Shown piece after piece: positions 26,150 to 41,398 of a DNA stretch of 64,000 nt. A program made the translations under genes and the position numbers. The notes beneath the pieces were generated by a model. That model searched no databases. It saw only the letters and a list, made by a program, of their open reading frames with translations, and was not told the DNA's origin. Each line of letters starts with the position of its first letter. Within the stretch, counting starts at the first letter, position 1. The stretch comes from Pelomyxa schiedti. Lineage: Eukaryota > Protista > Evosea. The stretch spans positions 1 through 64,000 of the forward strand of contig JAHLWZ010000068.1 of the NCBI GenBank assembly GCA_020536535.1, given 5' to 3'.

Positions 26150-27517
26150 ATGGGTCAACTACTCAACCACTTGAACCACCACCACAACGCCGCCCAGATC
26201 TTCCTCGACTTCGACAGTTTGTTTCTGTTTCTTTTTCCTCTCTTGCATCTCTCTCTACATTCTCTCGTCTTTGTTCCTCACGCAAATTAGACGCCGTACC
26301 GTCACCACAAGAGCAAGACTTATGGAATCAAATCCACCAAGTAAAACGCTGGAATTACCTCTCCGTTAAATTAAACAACGACCAAAGGTGTTGCAACAAG
26401 GACCAGCACTTTTGGACAAACTGAGGAAGTACACTGGGTCAGACACGTGGATTCGTGCTGTGTGTTTAATTCAGTTTTCTCCCCTGTGTGACTTGTTCAA
26501 AGGCCATAACCAACCCGTCGCCTGAAAACGACGAAATTGCATGGAACAAAGTTCTCCCCGGGGTGGACCAGCTCCAGGAATTCTACGATTTCTCTTTGCA
26601 TCTTGGTAAGACATTTGAGAAGCGTCTCAAGTTCCTAACAGCTCCATGCAGAGCAACTATTCCCCAAGCTCATCGTTGCACTGTGCAAAGATGACCCGCG
26701 GTCGAATTTAGGTAACCAGCAGGCACTAGCAAAACAACTTGGAGATGTGTTTGATTTTGTTTTGCGGTTCGATGACGCCAAGGTGCGTTGTGGAAAGAAC
26801 AAGTCCTTCGTTGGATCTTATGCACCATAGATGATAAATCCGGCAATTCAAAACGACTTTTCATATTACAGACGAACACTAAGTAGAATGAAGCTTGCCA
26901 AAAAGGATGCTAACATCAAGGTGACTTTCTTTTTACCCTTCTTTGGGAGGGTATTAACGAAATAAAGGTCAAGGATGAACTTGCCAACAAGATGTCTCTC
27001 TTCTTTGCTTACCCCACTCCTATGATGAAAGTTCTCTCAGAAACGACTGCCAAGTTTCTCACCACCCCTAACTGTGGCGTCACTGCCGAGAGTGTGACAA
27101 TCGCGCTTTCATATATGGCAAACATTTGCCTGGACATGGTTGAGAAGCACAGGTTCTTGTCCCTTTTTTTCCCCACCAAGTATCCACAATTACCTTCAAC
27201 AAAATAGGTTTACAAGCAACGAAACAAATATGTTCTGTCTTCGTGCAATGACCGGAGCCACAATTCTTTATGATCACATTGCACCCACCGGTGTATTCAC
27301 CAAGCGTTCCCCCGTCAACGTACTTCCCCTTATCCCTTTCTTTCTATTACCTCTTTCACACCCCACTCACCACCCACACAGGTCAGGGGAGTCATCCAGG
27401 CTCTCAAGACCCACCCGGAAGGTGGCACAGACGGACTCATCAACGCCCTCCGCTTCACAACACTGCACCTCAACGACGCCGATACTCCGACTCAACTCAA
27501 ACAATTGTTGGCCTAAA
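26150..27517 (+). CDS. CYRI: CYRI / FAM49 (CYFIP-related Rac1 interactor)
   Basis: MG start (myristoylation-type) MGQLLNHL...IFLDFD; [21 protein letters not shown]; [20 protein letters not shown]; [15 protein letters not shown]; [13 protein letters not shown]; [14 protein letters not shown]; TAA 27515-27517. Confidence 0.95.
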
Positions 27518-27609
27518 GTGCTTATTGTTGTGTGTTCCCCTTTGTTGGCAAAGGAAAAAGCTGTGAAGAAATGCAAAGCCCACACTCACCCACAACACGT
27601 GCAAATCAT

Positions 27610-28862
27610 TCAAAGCCCACGGCCTTCTATGTCCACAAGGAATACACACCTTTTTAAATAGAAATAAGGAATTAATTCTTTGGTGTTTTTTTTTTTTTTG
27701 GTGTTTTGGGAAGTACATACGCGTTTACAACGTAACGGGCTTGCCCCTCACTGACCCACCACTGTGTATCAATGTTAAATATTATTTTGTTCTATGTGTG
27801 AGGGCTATACATACATTTGGGTAGAGTTTGGTGAACCCGGTATCCACTACAAGCCGGCCTCCTTGTTTTGAATAAGAAAAGTGGGTACAGGGAACTTTGT
27901 TTTTTTGGGAGGAACCCACCTGTTTCAGAGCGGTCCATGCAGCATATTACTGGCATCCCGTTGGAGGATGTTGCTACTACTTGTAATTTCCCAACAGTCT
28001 CAGGGGCTCTGTGGGCAGAAGAAGTAGGCCACGCTAGTTTGGTGTTTAGAGAACAAATTGAGTTTGTTGTACTCGTACTGACTAAGCCAGTAGCAGTGTC
28101 CACTGGATAGCAAATCTTAAAGAAAATAAGCAATTGATTGTGTCATTAGACACGCTAATTGCATACCGTGTGCCCCTCATAAAGATAACTTATGCCAGCA
28201 AATAGAGGATGATCGGCACAAAACTCTCCAGGTGTGCAGGAATTCCCATAAGCCATCACGCGCTCACCTTGAGTGTTTCCTTCTAGCCTAGCACCGCAAA
28301 GAGTCGGCAGTAGAATATTAGCTTCGGCAAAATATGGAGCGTTGTCTCCCCAAATCTAAGTACAGAATGTAACAGGAATCGTAACGAACGAAAATAAACC
28401 ATTAAACCCCGTTTTTTCCTGTGGAAGTTAAAGATTGCTTCTGGAAATTCGTTTGATGGGGTGCATAAAGTCGAGTCAGAAATAACCCATGCAACGTCAA
28501 ACTTATCAGATTTAAGAGCTAGATTGATATTACTAAATGCAAGGCAGCACTATAGTACAATCACCTCGAATAAAGCCGGCAACGTCATTTTTGGGGAAAA
28601 TTGAAAGGTTGAATCCTTTCTTTCGCAGAGCTGGTCTGTTCTTGATCACTTTTTGATGAGTAGAAGAAAACATACTCGAATGTATTTGAGATAGTCTGAA
28701 GGTCAAAGCTGGAGAAAATAGCAACATGAAAATCTGAGAATGCTCCATCTTTACCCAAATCAAGTCTGTACAAAAAGTAAATAATACTTGAATAAATGCA
28801 TCACATACTGGTCTTGATTGCTGTTCCCATAGCCCTTACAAGCCAGCTCCTATTTGGGACAT
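27610..28862 (-). CDS. Uncharacterised protein, probable class I glutamine-amidotransferase-like fold
   Basis: Spliced LDLGKDGAF...ALRKKGF...FDVAWVIS...IWGDNAPYFAEAN...LEGNTQG...HPLFAGISYLYEGHTI...RVVIDT...GQARYVVNAACVFLVDIEGRGL*. I recognise this as a conserved protist/bacterial domain; the fold assignment is inference and the start is tentative. Confidence 0.75.
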
Positions 28863-28886
28863 CACAAATAAACCCAAAAAAAAAAA

Positions 28887-29498
28887 ATGCAAGCTATGAA
28901 GTGTGTTGTCGTTGGTGATGGCGCTGTGGGCAAAAGTGTGTTCTTTTTTGTTGGTAATGAAATGTGGGTGACGGCAATTTGATAGGTTGCTTGTTAATCT
29001 CGTATACTACAAACGCTTTCCCGGTCTGTCTAGAATCTCCCCTCCCACAATTTCCAATCAACTGACATTGACATTATATCTACTGTAAAGAGCGAGTATG
29101 TGCCAACTGTTTTTGGTAAGTTGTGATTGCACCCAGCGTGCACAGCAGTTCTCATTTTTTTTTTTTCCCCCACGTAGATAATTACTCTGCCAATGTTATG
29201 GTCGATGGAAAGGTTAAAAAAAAAAAAGAACTCATCTTGAGAATTCTCTTCTAACTTTGTCCTAGCCAATAAACTTGGGCCTTTGGGACACTGCTGGACA
29301 GGAGGACTACGATAGATTGGTAGGAATTACTGGGGGATGGGAATAATTATAAAAGGGAAGGGAAACTCACCCACAAAAATCTGCTTCACTAAATAATGGC
29401 TCCTCAGAGACCTCTGAGTTACCCACAAACGGATATATTCTTAGTCTGCTTTTCTTTAGTCTCCCCACCATCCTTTGAAAATGTGCGGGAAAAATGGG
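28887..29498 (+). CDS. rac1: Rac1-like Rho GTPase, 3' part lost in the assembly gap
   Basis: Spliced [97 protein letters not shown], then Ns. Confidence 0.95.
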
Positions 29499-29598
29499 NN
29501 NNNNNNNNNNNNNNNNNNNNNNNNNNNNNNNNNNNNNNNNNNNNNNNNNNNNNNNNNNNNNNNNNNNNNNNNNNNNNNNNNNNNNNNNNNNNNNNNNN
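29499..29598. other. Assembly gap (100 N placeholder)
   Basis: Run of exactly 100 N followed by a long poly-A tract; genes on both sides run into it. Confidence 0.99.
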
Positions 29599-29606
29599 AA
29601 AAAAAA

Positions 29607-29648
<42 letters not shown>

Positions 29649-29654
29649 ACGTAC

Positions 29655-30029
29655 AGCAGAGGTGAATCCACCCAATACGTTGGACGTCGCACCAGGAGGA
29701 GGAGTACTCTGAGTAATTGCATATTGTTGTGGCGGCCGCTGTATCTGCTGCTGTTGCATCTGCATCTGCGACGACGGGGGGGGGGAAGCTGTTGCGCAGC
29801 ACACATAGGCGCCGACCCGCATGGGCTGCTGCTGGTACGCCTGTTGCTGCTGCTGGCAGGCCTGGTACGAGGGCGAGGCGGCCTGCGCCATGCGGGCCGG
29901 CCGGTTTTGCGTGTACTCGAACGACTCGGCGTTGTAGTACTTGGGGGACATCGAGACGCTCTGGAGCTGGGGCTGCGGCTGTGGCTGGGGGCTGCTCCCT
30001 GTATTGCTCGGTGGCGGTTGGGCAGACAT
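29655..30029 (-). CDS. First exon of a Gln/Pro-rich protein, truncated by the gap
   Basis: ATG 30029 MSAQPPP...GGFTSA, followed by a GTACGT donor and poly-T intron tract running into the Ns. Confidence 0.7.
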
Positions 30030-30289
30030 TTTTCGGTTTGGGCTTTTTTTTCTTTTTTTTTTTTTCGTTTGTTTGTTTCTCGTTTAGGCTTGTTGACAGA
30101 GCGGAAGAAGAGCCTGTAGGAACAGAATTATCCCTGGCTATGTTGTGTTTTTAGGTACGAAGGAGGAGGTTCTCCTTGGAATTCTGGAATGCCATGACTT
30201 GGTGGTTTTTCCCATTCGGGGAAGCATAAATTGCGACAAATCGAATTTGATCGTGTTGGTTGGCAACGAGAGCGAGCCGAAAGCCCATA

Positions 30290-32188
30290 ATGTCGGCGTT
30301 GCACTGCTTCTTTTGTGGGGGTAGTAAGTGCAAGTACGAGGACTACCTTCGCTGGGTGTCGGTTCACGACACCGCCAACGCCATCGAGGGACTTTTCAGT
30401 AATTGGATCACCGACGATATTTTGGCAACCGCCAGGCCCTCTTCCTCCCTTATAAGGCAATATGACATTGTAAATCAGTTCTTGAGGTTTCATTCACTAA
30501 CAACTTCTTTGGTCTAGCTCTTTTTGTGCTTTTCATAGATAGATATAACCTGCATCCTTGCAAAGCTATACTGACGAACCTCTTTTCTTCTTCCATTAGG
30601 TTTAACATCAGGGCTGTTGTAAACTTGCAGCTCCCAGGCGAACATGCAAGTTGTGGTGACCGGTTGGTTGAAGGTGGGTTCAGCTATGATCCACAGGAAT
30701 TTATGAATGCTGGAAGTCAGTGTTTTCTCCCTCTGTTGCTATCATGTTTTCGTTAATATTTGGGCAGTTTACTTCTACAGCTTTGGTTGGCCAGATATGT
30801 CAACTCCTGACCTCTCTCATGCCCTCGATATTGTACAAGTAATGTGTTTTGAATTATCTAGAAACAGCAAGGTTAGACCAACACCTGAGACTCAACATAT
30901 TTATTCCACCTCTTAAGGTTGCAATTCACTGCCATGCCGGACTTGGTAAGATGTAGTCATGCTTCCTCTTTTCACGTTTCCAAGGTAGAACAGGCTTGGT
31001 CATATCCTGTTTTCTTGTATATTCCAAGAACATTTCTGCGGAGCAAGCAATATCTCAAGTACGATTGCACAGGTGTCAAGCCTTTCCTTCCTGTTACACC
31101 CGCCATCCTGCCTTTTAAATGCGGATGTACCTCAGGCCCAGGTCTATTCAAACAAAGAAGCAAACATCCTTTGTCAAGCAGTTTGAGTTATATCTCAATG
31201 CACTAAAGAAATATTTCCCTGCGACATCACTTTCAGAGACACTTGCGAATCAAAGGCGATACCTGCATGGAGCAGAAAGCCGGCGTTTGTCAAAAATTCC
31301 CAAAGTCCACCCAAGCCATTATTTTATTTCCTAATTTTATGCAGTTCATTGACGTAATTTGCGCCAGAGCTTCAACACTACAAGCACATCCACCTACCAA
31401 TATCTTGCTCCCTGATGCCAATTGCACAGGGTCGCTACTTAAGAATCTTTATGACACTCCCTCATCAGTACTTGAACAATTGAAGGTTTTCCTTTTTCCC
31501 ATCTTTGGTGCCTCCCAACCCTTGTAAGGACAATGTCAACCAGGGAGATTGGGAATCACTTGCATGTGTTAATGACTTCACTCTTCTATGGCAACTCGTT
31601 TTGGAATGGCTAAGAGGCCTCCAGCAGCCTTTAATACCGGCTAGAACAACTACAGTAAACTCCTTCCCAAAAACTACAACAGAGTTCCGTGTTTTGTGTC
31701 TCATTCTATACCCTGTTTTCAAATGTTAAATCAATCCTAGATGTTTGACACACCACATCTATCCCTCGATGCTATTGTGCCCACTGAAGCACTTCCAACT
31801 GTAAAACTGCTATGCTCCCTCTTACTCATGGTACATTCCAGTTCGCCAAAACAAACTAATGGAAGAAGTTTGAAGGCGAAGCGAGGAGCCAATCTGCACA
31901 AGCTTTGGCAGAATCACTGATGCCCGCGACTATGGAAAATAACAATCCAAGACACCATTGCACTTCACCACATTCCTCCAGCACCACCCCAAAACAATCA
32001 GCATTAGCAACCACCACTACAACAACCACAACAACATCAACCTGCTCTGCGACTCATTGCCGCGGAAATTCCTCTCCACAACCCACACCACCGGCAATTC
32101 TGCAGTATCTAGCCGAACTGCTAATTACCACAGCAACCAATGTATAGTCAGTGAGGGAAAAATTCCACCGAAAAAACCGGTAATGTAA
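30290..32188 (+). CDS. PTPDC1: PTPDC1-like (Cdc14-related) dual-specificity protein phosphatase
   Basis: CFFCGGSKCKYE, AIEGLFSNWITDDILATARPS, VVNLQLPGEHASCG, FYSFGWPDM, catalytic VAIHCHAGLGRTG; 3' end approximate. Confidence 0.9.
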
Positions 32189-32515
32189 GTATTCCAACTA
32201 ATCATTTCGCACCACTGAGGGTGCTCTGGGACTAAAAAGCCGGGAACACCGGGTTTTTACCCAAATGAACCACTAAGCCAAAATGTTCTCTTCTTTCTTG
32301 GTGAAAAATTGTTGAATTGACCCGTCTATTCCACTGGAATTACACCACGGAGTGTTCACAGAAAACCCACCTCCTTCCGTACAAGGCAACCAAGCCCTCC
32401 TCTCACGAAAAGGAAAGCAAAAAGCAAAATCCCCAAAAAAACCAAAAGCGAAGAGCAGAGAGACAAAGCGAACACGCGACGAACCGTGAAAAGACAAATA
32501 AAACCAAGATCTTGA

Positions 32516-36355
<3,840 letters not shown>

Positions 36356-36490
36356 ACTTACCAAAAACAATTAATTTCGTTTGTTGTCTTTGAAGTTTGT
36401 CAACCAAAACAATTTGGTTTTGATATTTTTTCCATTATTTACAAATTCTCTGGCAAAGTGCCAGAGAGAAGAGGGTTTGGAGAAATGGTT

Positions 36491-39400
36491 TCACATTAAT
36501 CTTGTCCATACAGCATGCTCCCCAACGTGTAAACTAGATCCCATAACAACAGAGTCCTTCGTACTGAACCAGTGAAGAGCCGAGCTGTTGCTGAGGTCTT
36601 TATCAAGGACCCATCCCTTGAAAGTGATTTTTTTGTCCCGCCCGTACTCAATGCGGCCACCATCAGACCAGTCGGTTCCTTCTTCTATTGTCACCAAGTT
36701 GTTACTCACCTGAGAAGTGTCTTCTTATTGAGGTTTGATTTTAAAAGTGAACTACCTGCAATTTTCGGCAACCACGAGTGCCTGTACTGCTTCGTAAATA
36801 CGTTCCGTTTAAGTTGTCTTCCCAGCTGCGGTGTGTCCATGTGACAACTTCATTTGGGTCCCTGCTGTTGCCTTGTGCAATTGCAGTGGGTGTTGACCTC
36901 CAGAGAAGTTGTTGAAGTGTACTGAGCGAAGTGTCCAGCATCCACCCTTCAAAGTAACATAGCCCATCACAGAAAGATATGTTATCGTTGAACATCCAGG
37001 AGCCCGGAGTTCCTTCATAGCTGAATACTCTGCCATTAGCTTCTACGAGCAAGTGTTGCTCACCCCTGAAAATAAATATCAAAGGTGTGGTAACTGGGAA
37101 GGGACACAAACCTTACGGTAGTGGCATCTTTGGTGTACAGACCTGCTAGTTCCTTGAAGTTTCCTTTACGGAGCTGAGTGGGAGGAGCAGCACTCCATGA
37201 CCCGTCACTGGAACGCCTCACTTGAACTTCATCAACTGTAAGAACAGCCGACTCCAGGAATGAAGGGTAGATGCTTCCTGGAACCCGTAAAAAGCGGTCA
37301 CTGGCTCCCCATGAGTTGATGCATTCTATTGTACTGGTGGGTTTTCTAAGCCAGTACGCAGCATGAACCAGATGGCTGCCGTGCTGGCCAGTTGGTGTTG
37401 TTCGCTGCCCAACAACAATGCCTCCCACAATGGGAACTTTGTCCACAACTGGTTCGTATGTGGGATATTGCAGCTGGCGCATCTGATCAGCGGAGTTTAC
37501 CAGTGTGTAACGAATTTTAAAGGTCATAAGAACAACTCCTCCCTTATCTTTGCCTGAGAACTTCATAGTTTTACCGATAACATTCATTGGGCCACAAAGG
37601 AAAGGATTGCCAACCAAACCTGTAATTTTTTTGCTCCCATTCTGGAGTTCAACTCTTCGATAAGGTGCACGAAATCCGTAGCCGCATCAAACCCAATCGC
37701 GATTACGGTAGAAGTTAGTGTAGCCAATTCACATTGTATGTTGTAGTCCAGACTGAGAAGCTGACACAAAGCACCCATGACACCCCACATGGTGCATGTT
37801 CCAAATCCACCTTGGTCTCCTCCGACTCCATCTTCCGCTAAGGGAGTGGAGGAAGGGGCTATACAAGAGAGGAAAGTGTTATTTAGGTGATAATGAAACT
37901 TTGTTGCCTTCAACCTGGATCAGTTGTTCTTCCCACTTCTACAATAGACGCAGAGCCTAACACTTTTTCTCGTTCCACCTTGGCATCGTAACCATAGAGC
38001 TTTAAAAGAAATGAATATATAAAATATATTTATATATTTTAAAAAACGAAATGGTCAAGGGTTTTAAAAAAAAAACCTTGCGCACTGCAGGTGGTGCTAG
38101 GCGGCCAGTTGGTTCTTTTTCCTCTATCACAACAATGCCCCTGGCTTGGCCATTTTTCCGGCTTTTGTGCATGTCGACGACGCAGAGCTTACCCCTGGCC
38201 AACAAACCGGTGTATCTCACGGTGTGACATTCCGAGGACGAGAACTTTGCGGTGATGTCTATCGCACCGTTGCGTCGGTTGTATGTCCCCGAGAGCGTCT
38301 TGGTTGGAGCTGACGGTACGTCGTTGTGGCATGTACCGCAAACGTTGTCATACTCATCAACCTAGAATGTACTGATGTTACTTTTCATTTTTAGGTTGGA
38401 ATTTGATATTGTGTTAGCTAGTTTAAGGTAATGGTGAAGTTCAAGACGCTGGCATTTTGGCGTTTAATTTTTTATTTGACTGCCGGAGTCGAGTGTGTTT
38501 GTTTGCCGTTTGGTGTGGAACATAGTGGAGTTGTAGTGAGGACTACACGGGAAATGGGAACATACAGTAAACGACAGAGCCCATCCTGCGAAGCAAAAGT
38601 CTGACCCCTCCCAACCAGTGCAGGCTCCCTTGTTATCTCTTCCTCCAATCTTGACAGACAACTGCCTCGCTCTTTAAAAAAAAAAAAGGAAAGTTTAGCC
38701 ATCAACAATCCACTTAGTATTACTTACAACGGGAGATTTTGTAAAACTACTCGCCAGTAGTCCACACCATCTGAAGCTTCCTTGCAATTCACATCACAAG
38801 CCATTTCTAATCCATCACCCTCGAGGTCGTAGTTCCAAAGCCACTCTGTTGTCTGGAACCCAAGCCGGAGGAAGAGTGAAATGGCAGGCCTGTTGGTCCC
38901 ACGACACTGTAGCATGATCTTGGCCAAATGCCACTGCCTTGTCATGTGGATGGCGAAGGCTATAAGTGCGCTACCAACCCCTGCTCCTCGGCAGGCTTCG
39001 CGCACTGCAACTTTGGTAAGGAGTGTATACTCTTTTTCACGCTGAAGGGCAATATATCCATTGACAACGTTTACTGGTTTGTAAGGAAGTTGAAAAACGA
39101 AATGAAGAGATTGATTGTACATTTTTTCACAGTGTAGATAGCAACATTGTTCCCTCGAAGAGCATTGTGGAAGTAGTTCGCTTCAAAGGGTTCGGAAAAA
39201 GAGTTCACCTCAATTTTAAGGACATCTTCTAGATCCGACTTGTGAAATGGTAATATCTTGAGAGCATCATCCGCTGGGAGATGTTGTAGAGCTCTATTTA
39301 TTATTTTATAACTCCTGAAAGCAGCTTGAGAGATTGCTTTTAAAAAAAAACATACACGTGAGCAAGTCTTGTGTAAGTTTCAAAGCTCTCTTGCACGAAA

Positions 39401-39968
39401 GGAGAGGAAGGTAAACCGATAACAGATTTGGTGAAGATGTGACACGGATTATGCACCAGTTCACAAATACAGCCGGAGCAGAGGTTATAGTTGTCACAAT
39501 TCTTGCAGGCATACCTTTAGGTTATTATTGTGGGTTTTCAGTTTAGAAAACGAACCTTACACCAACCACAGGGAAATGGCAGTTTGAACACAGTACACCT
39601 CTGTGAACTGAGTGCAATCTGGGAATACATGAGTAACCTTCAATGGGCGTCAGCCGCACGTGTCACACAGTGGCAAGCTTGTACTTCCTCGCATTCTTTG
39701 TTTTGTTGTAAAGCACAAAAAAAAATTTCCTGTCAAGCTCATTGTCCTCGCAACTTGGTCACCAAGCCAGAAGAAGTTGTGGGATGCTGCACAACAGAAA
39801 CCATCACACCCCGCCACGTGCCCCTCAGCACGAATAGGCTGTTTTGCCTGAGGCTATCTCCTTGTTGGCAGCTTCTAACCTGAGAAACTGATTGGCCAAG
39901 TCGGCAGATCTGGAAGCCCCAAAATTGCTGTAAAAACAAGAAAACTCCAAGCGACTAACCACCGACAT
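36491..39968 (-). CDS. Multidomain protein: ZZ zinc finger - GNAT (RimI-like) acetyltransferase - beta-rich module - papain-like cysteine protease - beta-rich C-terminal repeats
   Basis: ZZ HRGVLCSNCHFPVVGVR|YACKNCDNYNLCSGC...HNPCHIF; GNAT LEDVLKIEVNSF...VAVREACRGAGVGSAL...NRPAISLFLRLGF; protease DQGGFGTCTMWG...GSHLVHAAYW...CINSWG. Introns from the ZZ domain to the catalytic-Cys exon are phase-consistent. The N-terminus and two downstream junctions are uncertain. Confidence 0.7.
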
Positions 39969-41013
39969 GCAAGGTTCGGTGATGCGTTTTGTGACGATAT
40001 TGGAGGGAATAGTAAATTATCAACAATAATAAACTTGTATTTTGTGTGCGGTGTATTTTACAGTGTTGTTTTGTTGTTAACGTGTAAGATAGAGCAGTTG
40101 TTGAATCTGCGATTCGCTTCGAAACAACTTCAGAGACAGTCGGTCAAGTCTGAACAAAATGAAAAACGTGAGAAACTAAAAGCAAAGAAGGTATGCAGCT
40201 TATTTCCTTTCACAAAGCATATTATTATCTGTTTGATGGGTGGCCTCCTTGATTTTTTTTCCCCCTTTTTATTTTCTGATCCTACAAGGCAATGGAGAAG
40301 GGCAACATGGATGGTGCTCGCATTTATGCAGAAAATGCCATAAGAGAAAAAAGCATGGCTCTCAATTACCTTAAACTATCTTCCCGTATAGATGGTGTTG
40401 CCTCCCGTGTTGAACAAGCAATAAGAATGCGCGTAGTGAGTTACTTTGTTCATTGTGAAGTGTGATTAACAAACTCCTTCCTTTGTGCAGGTCACAGGCT
40501 CTATGTCGGGTATTGTAAAATCATTGGATAAGGCCATGAAGACTATGGACCTTGCTCAGGTTCGTTCCCAATATTTGACATTCCTGTTCTCACAGTGCGT
40601 GTAGGTGACCCAAGTCATGGATCGCTTTGAAAAGCAGTTTGAGGATTTGGATGTCCAAGGTGCCTATGTTGAAAAAACCATGTCCAAGTCATCGGCACTT
40701 TCCACACCCGCTTCTGAGGTATACAATACCTAATTCTAACTGGAAGTCACCTCACCATTTCCACCTTCTCTCAAAAAGGTCGACCTTCTTCTGGAACAAG
40801 TAGCTGATGAACACGGATTAGAGCTGGCCGAAGACTTGCATGATGTACCAATAAAACCACCAGTACTAAGAACCCCCGAGCACCAGCAGGACGAGTTGAC
40901 AGCCAGGCTTGAGAAGTGTGCAAGCCAACACAAACAACTAAACAGTTATCTTACCTATCAAAACAGGCTCAAAACAGGGGGGAGCTAAGTCACACTGCAC
41001 CGCGTGTAAATAG
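39967..41013 (+). CDS. CHMP1: ESCRT-III subunit CHMP1 (Did2/Vps46)
   Basis: Spliced [19 protein letters not shown]...[21 protein letters not shown]...[10 protein letters not shown]...[12 protein letters not shown]...[13 protein letters not shown]...[16 protein letters not shown]...[11 protein letters not shown]. Confidence 0.95.
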
Positions 41014-41398
41014 GTCTGTCACCCCCAACACCAACAGAAAACCCAATCCCAGAAAGAAAGGAACAATCCCAGAGGTGAAATTCTCCAAAATGATGGTGAT
41101 TTTGGAAAAAAATGGATTATCGGATTCGGAGCCTTTAGTGTAGATCTGTCTAAATCTGGTCCGTTTAAGGAAGTATACCGTGTGTCCACTTTTTTTTCTC
41201 GGTTTTTCTGGAGGAATGAATCGACAAAATGTTGAAGCGGTTTCCTTTTAGTCTTTTCTTCATTTCCCATTCTTCGCGCACACTTGCCTTATCCTCACTA
41301 TTTGTTCTTCCGTTCTTTGTTGGTGTCGTTGCTGTGTGTGGGTTGGACCTAAACCAAAGTCAACAACAAACCTAAAACCCCAATAGCCATAAACCAAC

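Noticed and set aside
29499-29660. ORFs spanning the N run, and an apparent Rac/Q-rich gene fusion or overlap
   Set aside because: Artefacts of translating through an assembly gap of unknown true size.
37620-37860. TVIAIGFDAATDF initially read as a VWA-domain strand
   Set aside because: No DxSxS MIDAS motif; the upstream DQGxxGTC and downstream H...NSWG fit a papain fold instead.
39650-39652. TGA after CDTCG read as selenocysteine
   Set aside because: Readthrough alone does not restore the downstream ZZ frame, and I saw no SECIS evidence.
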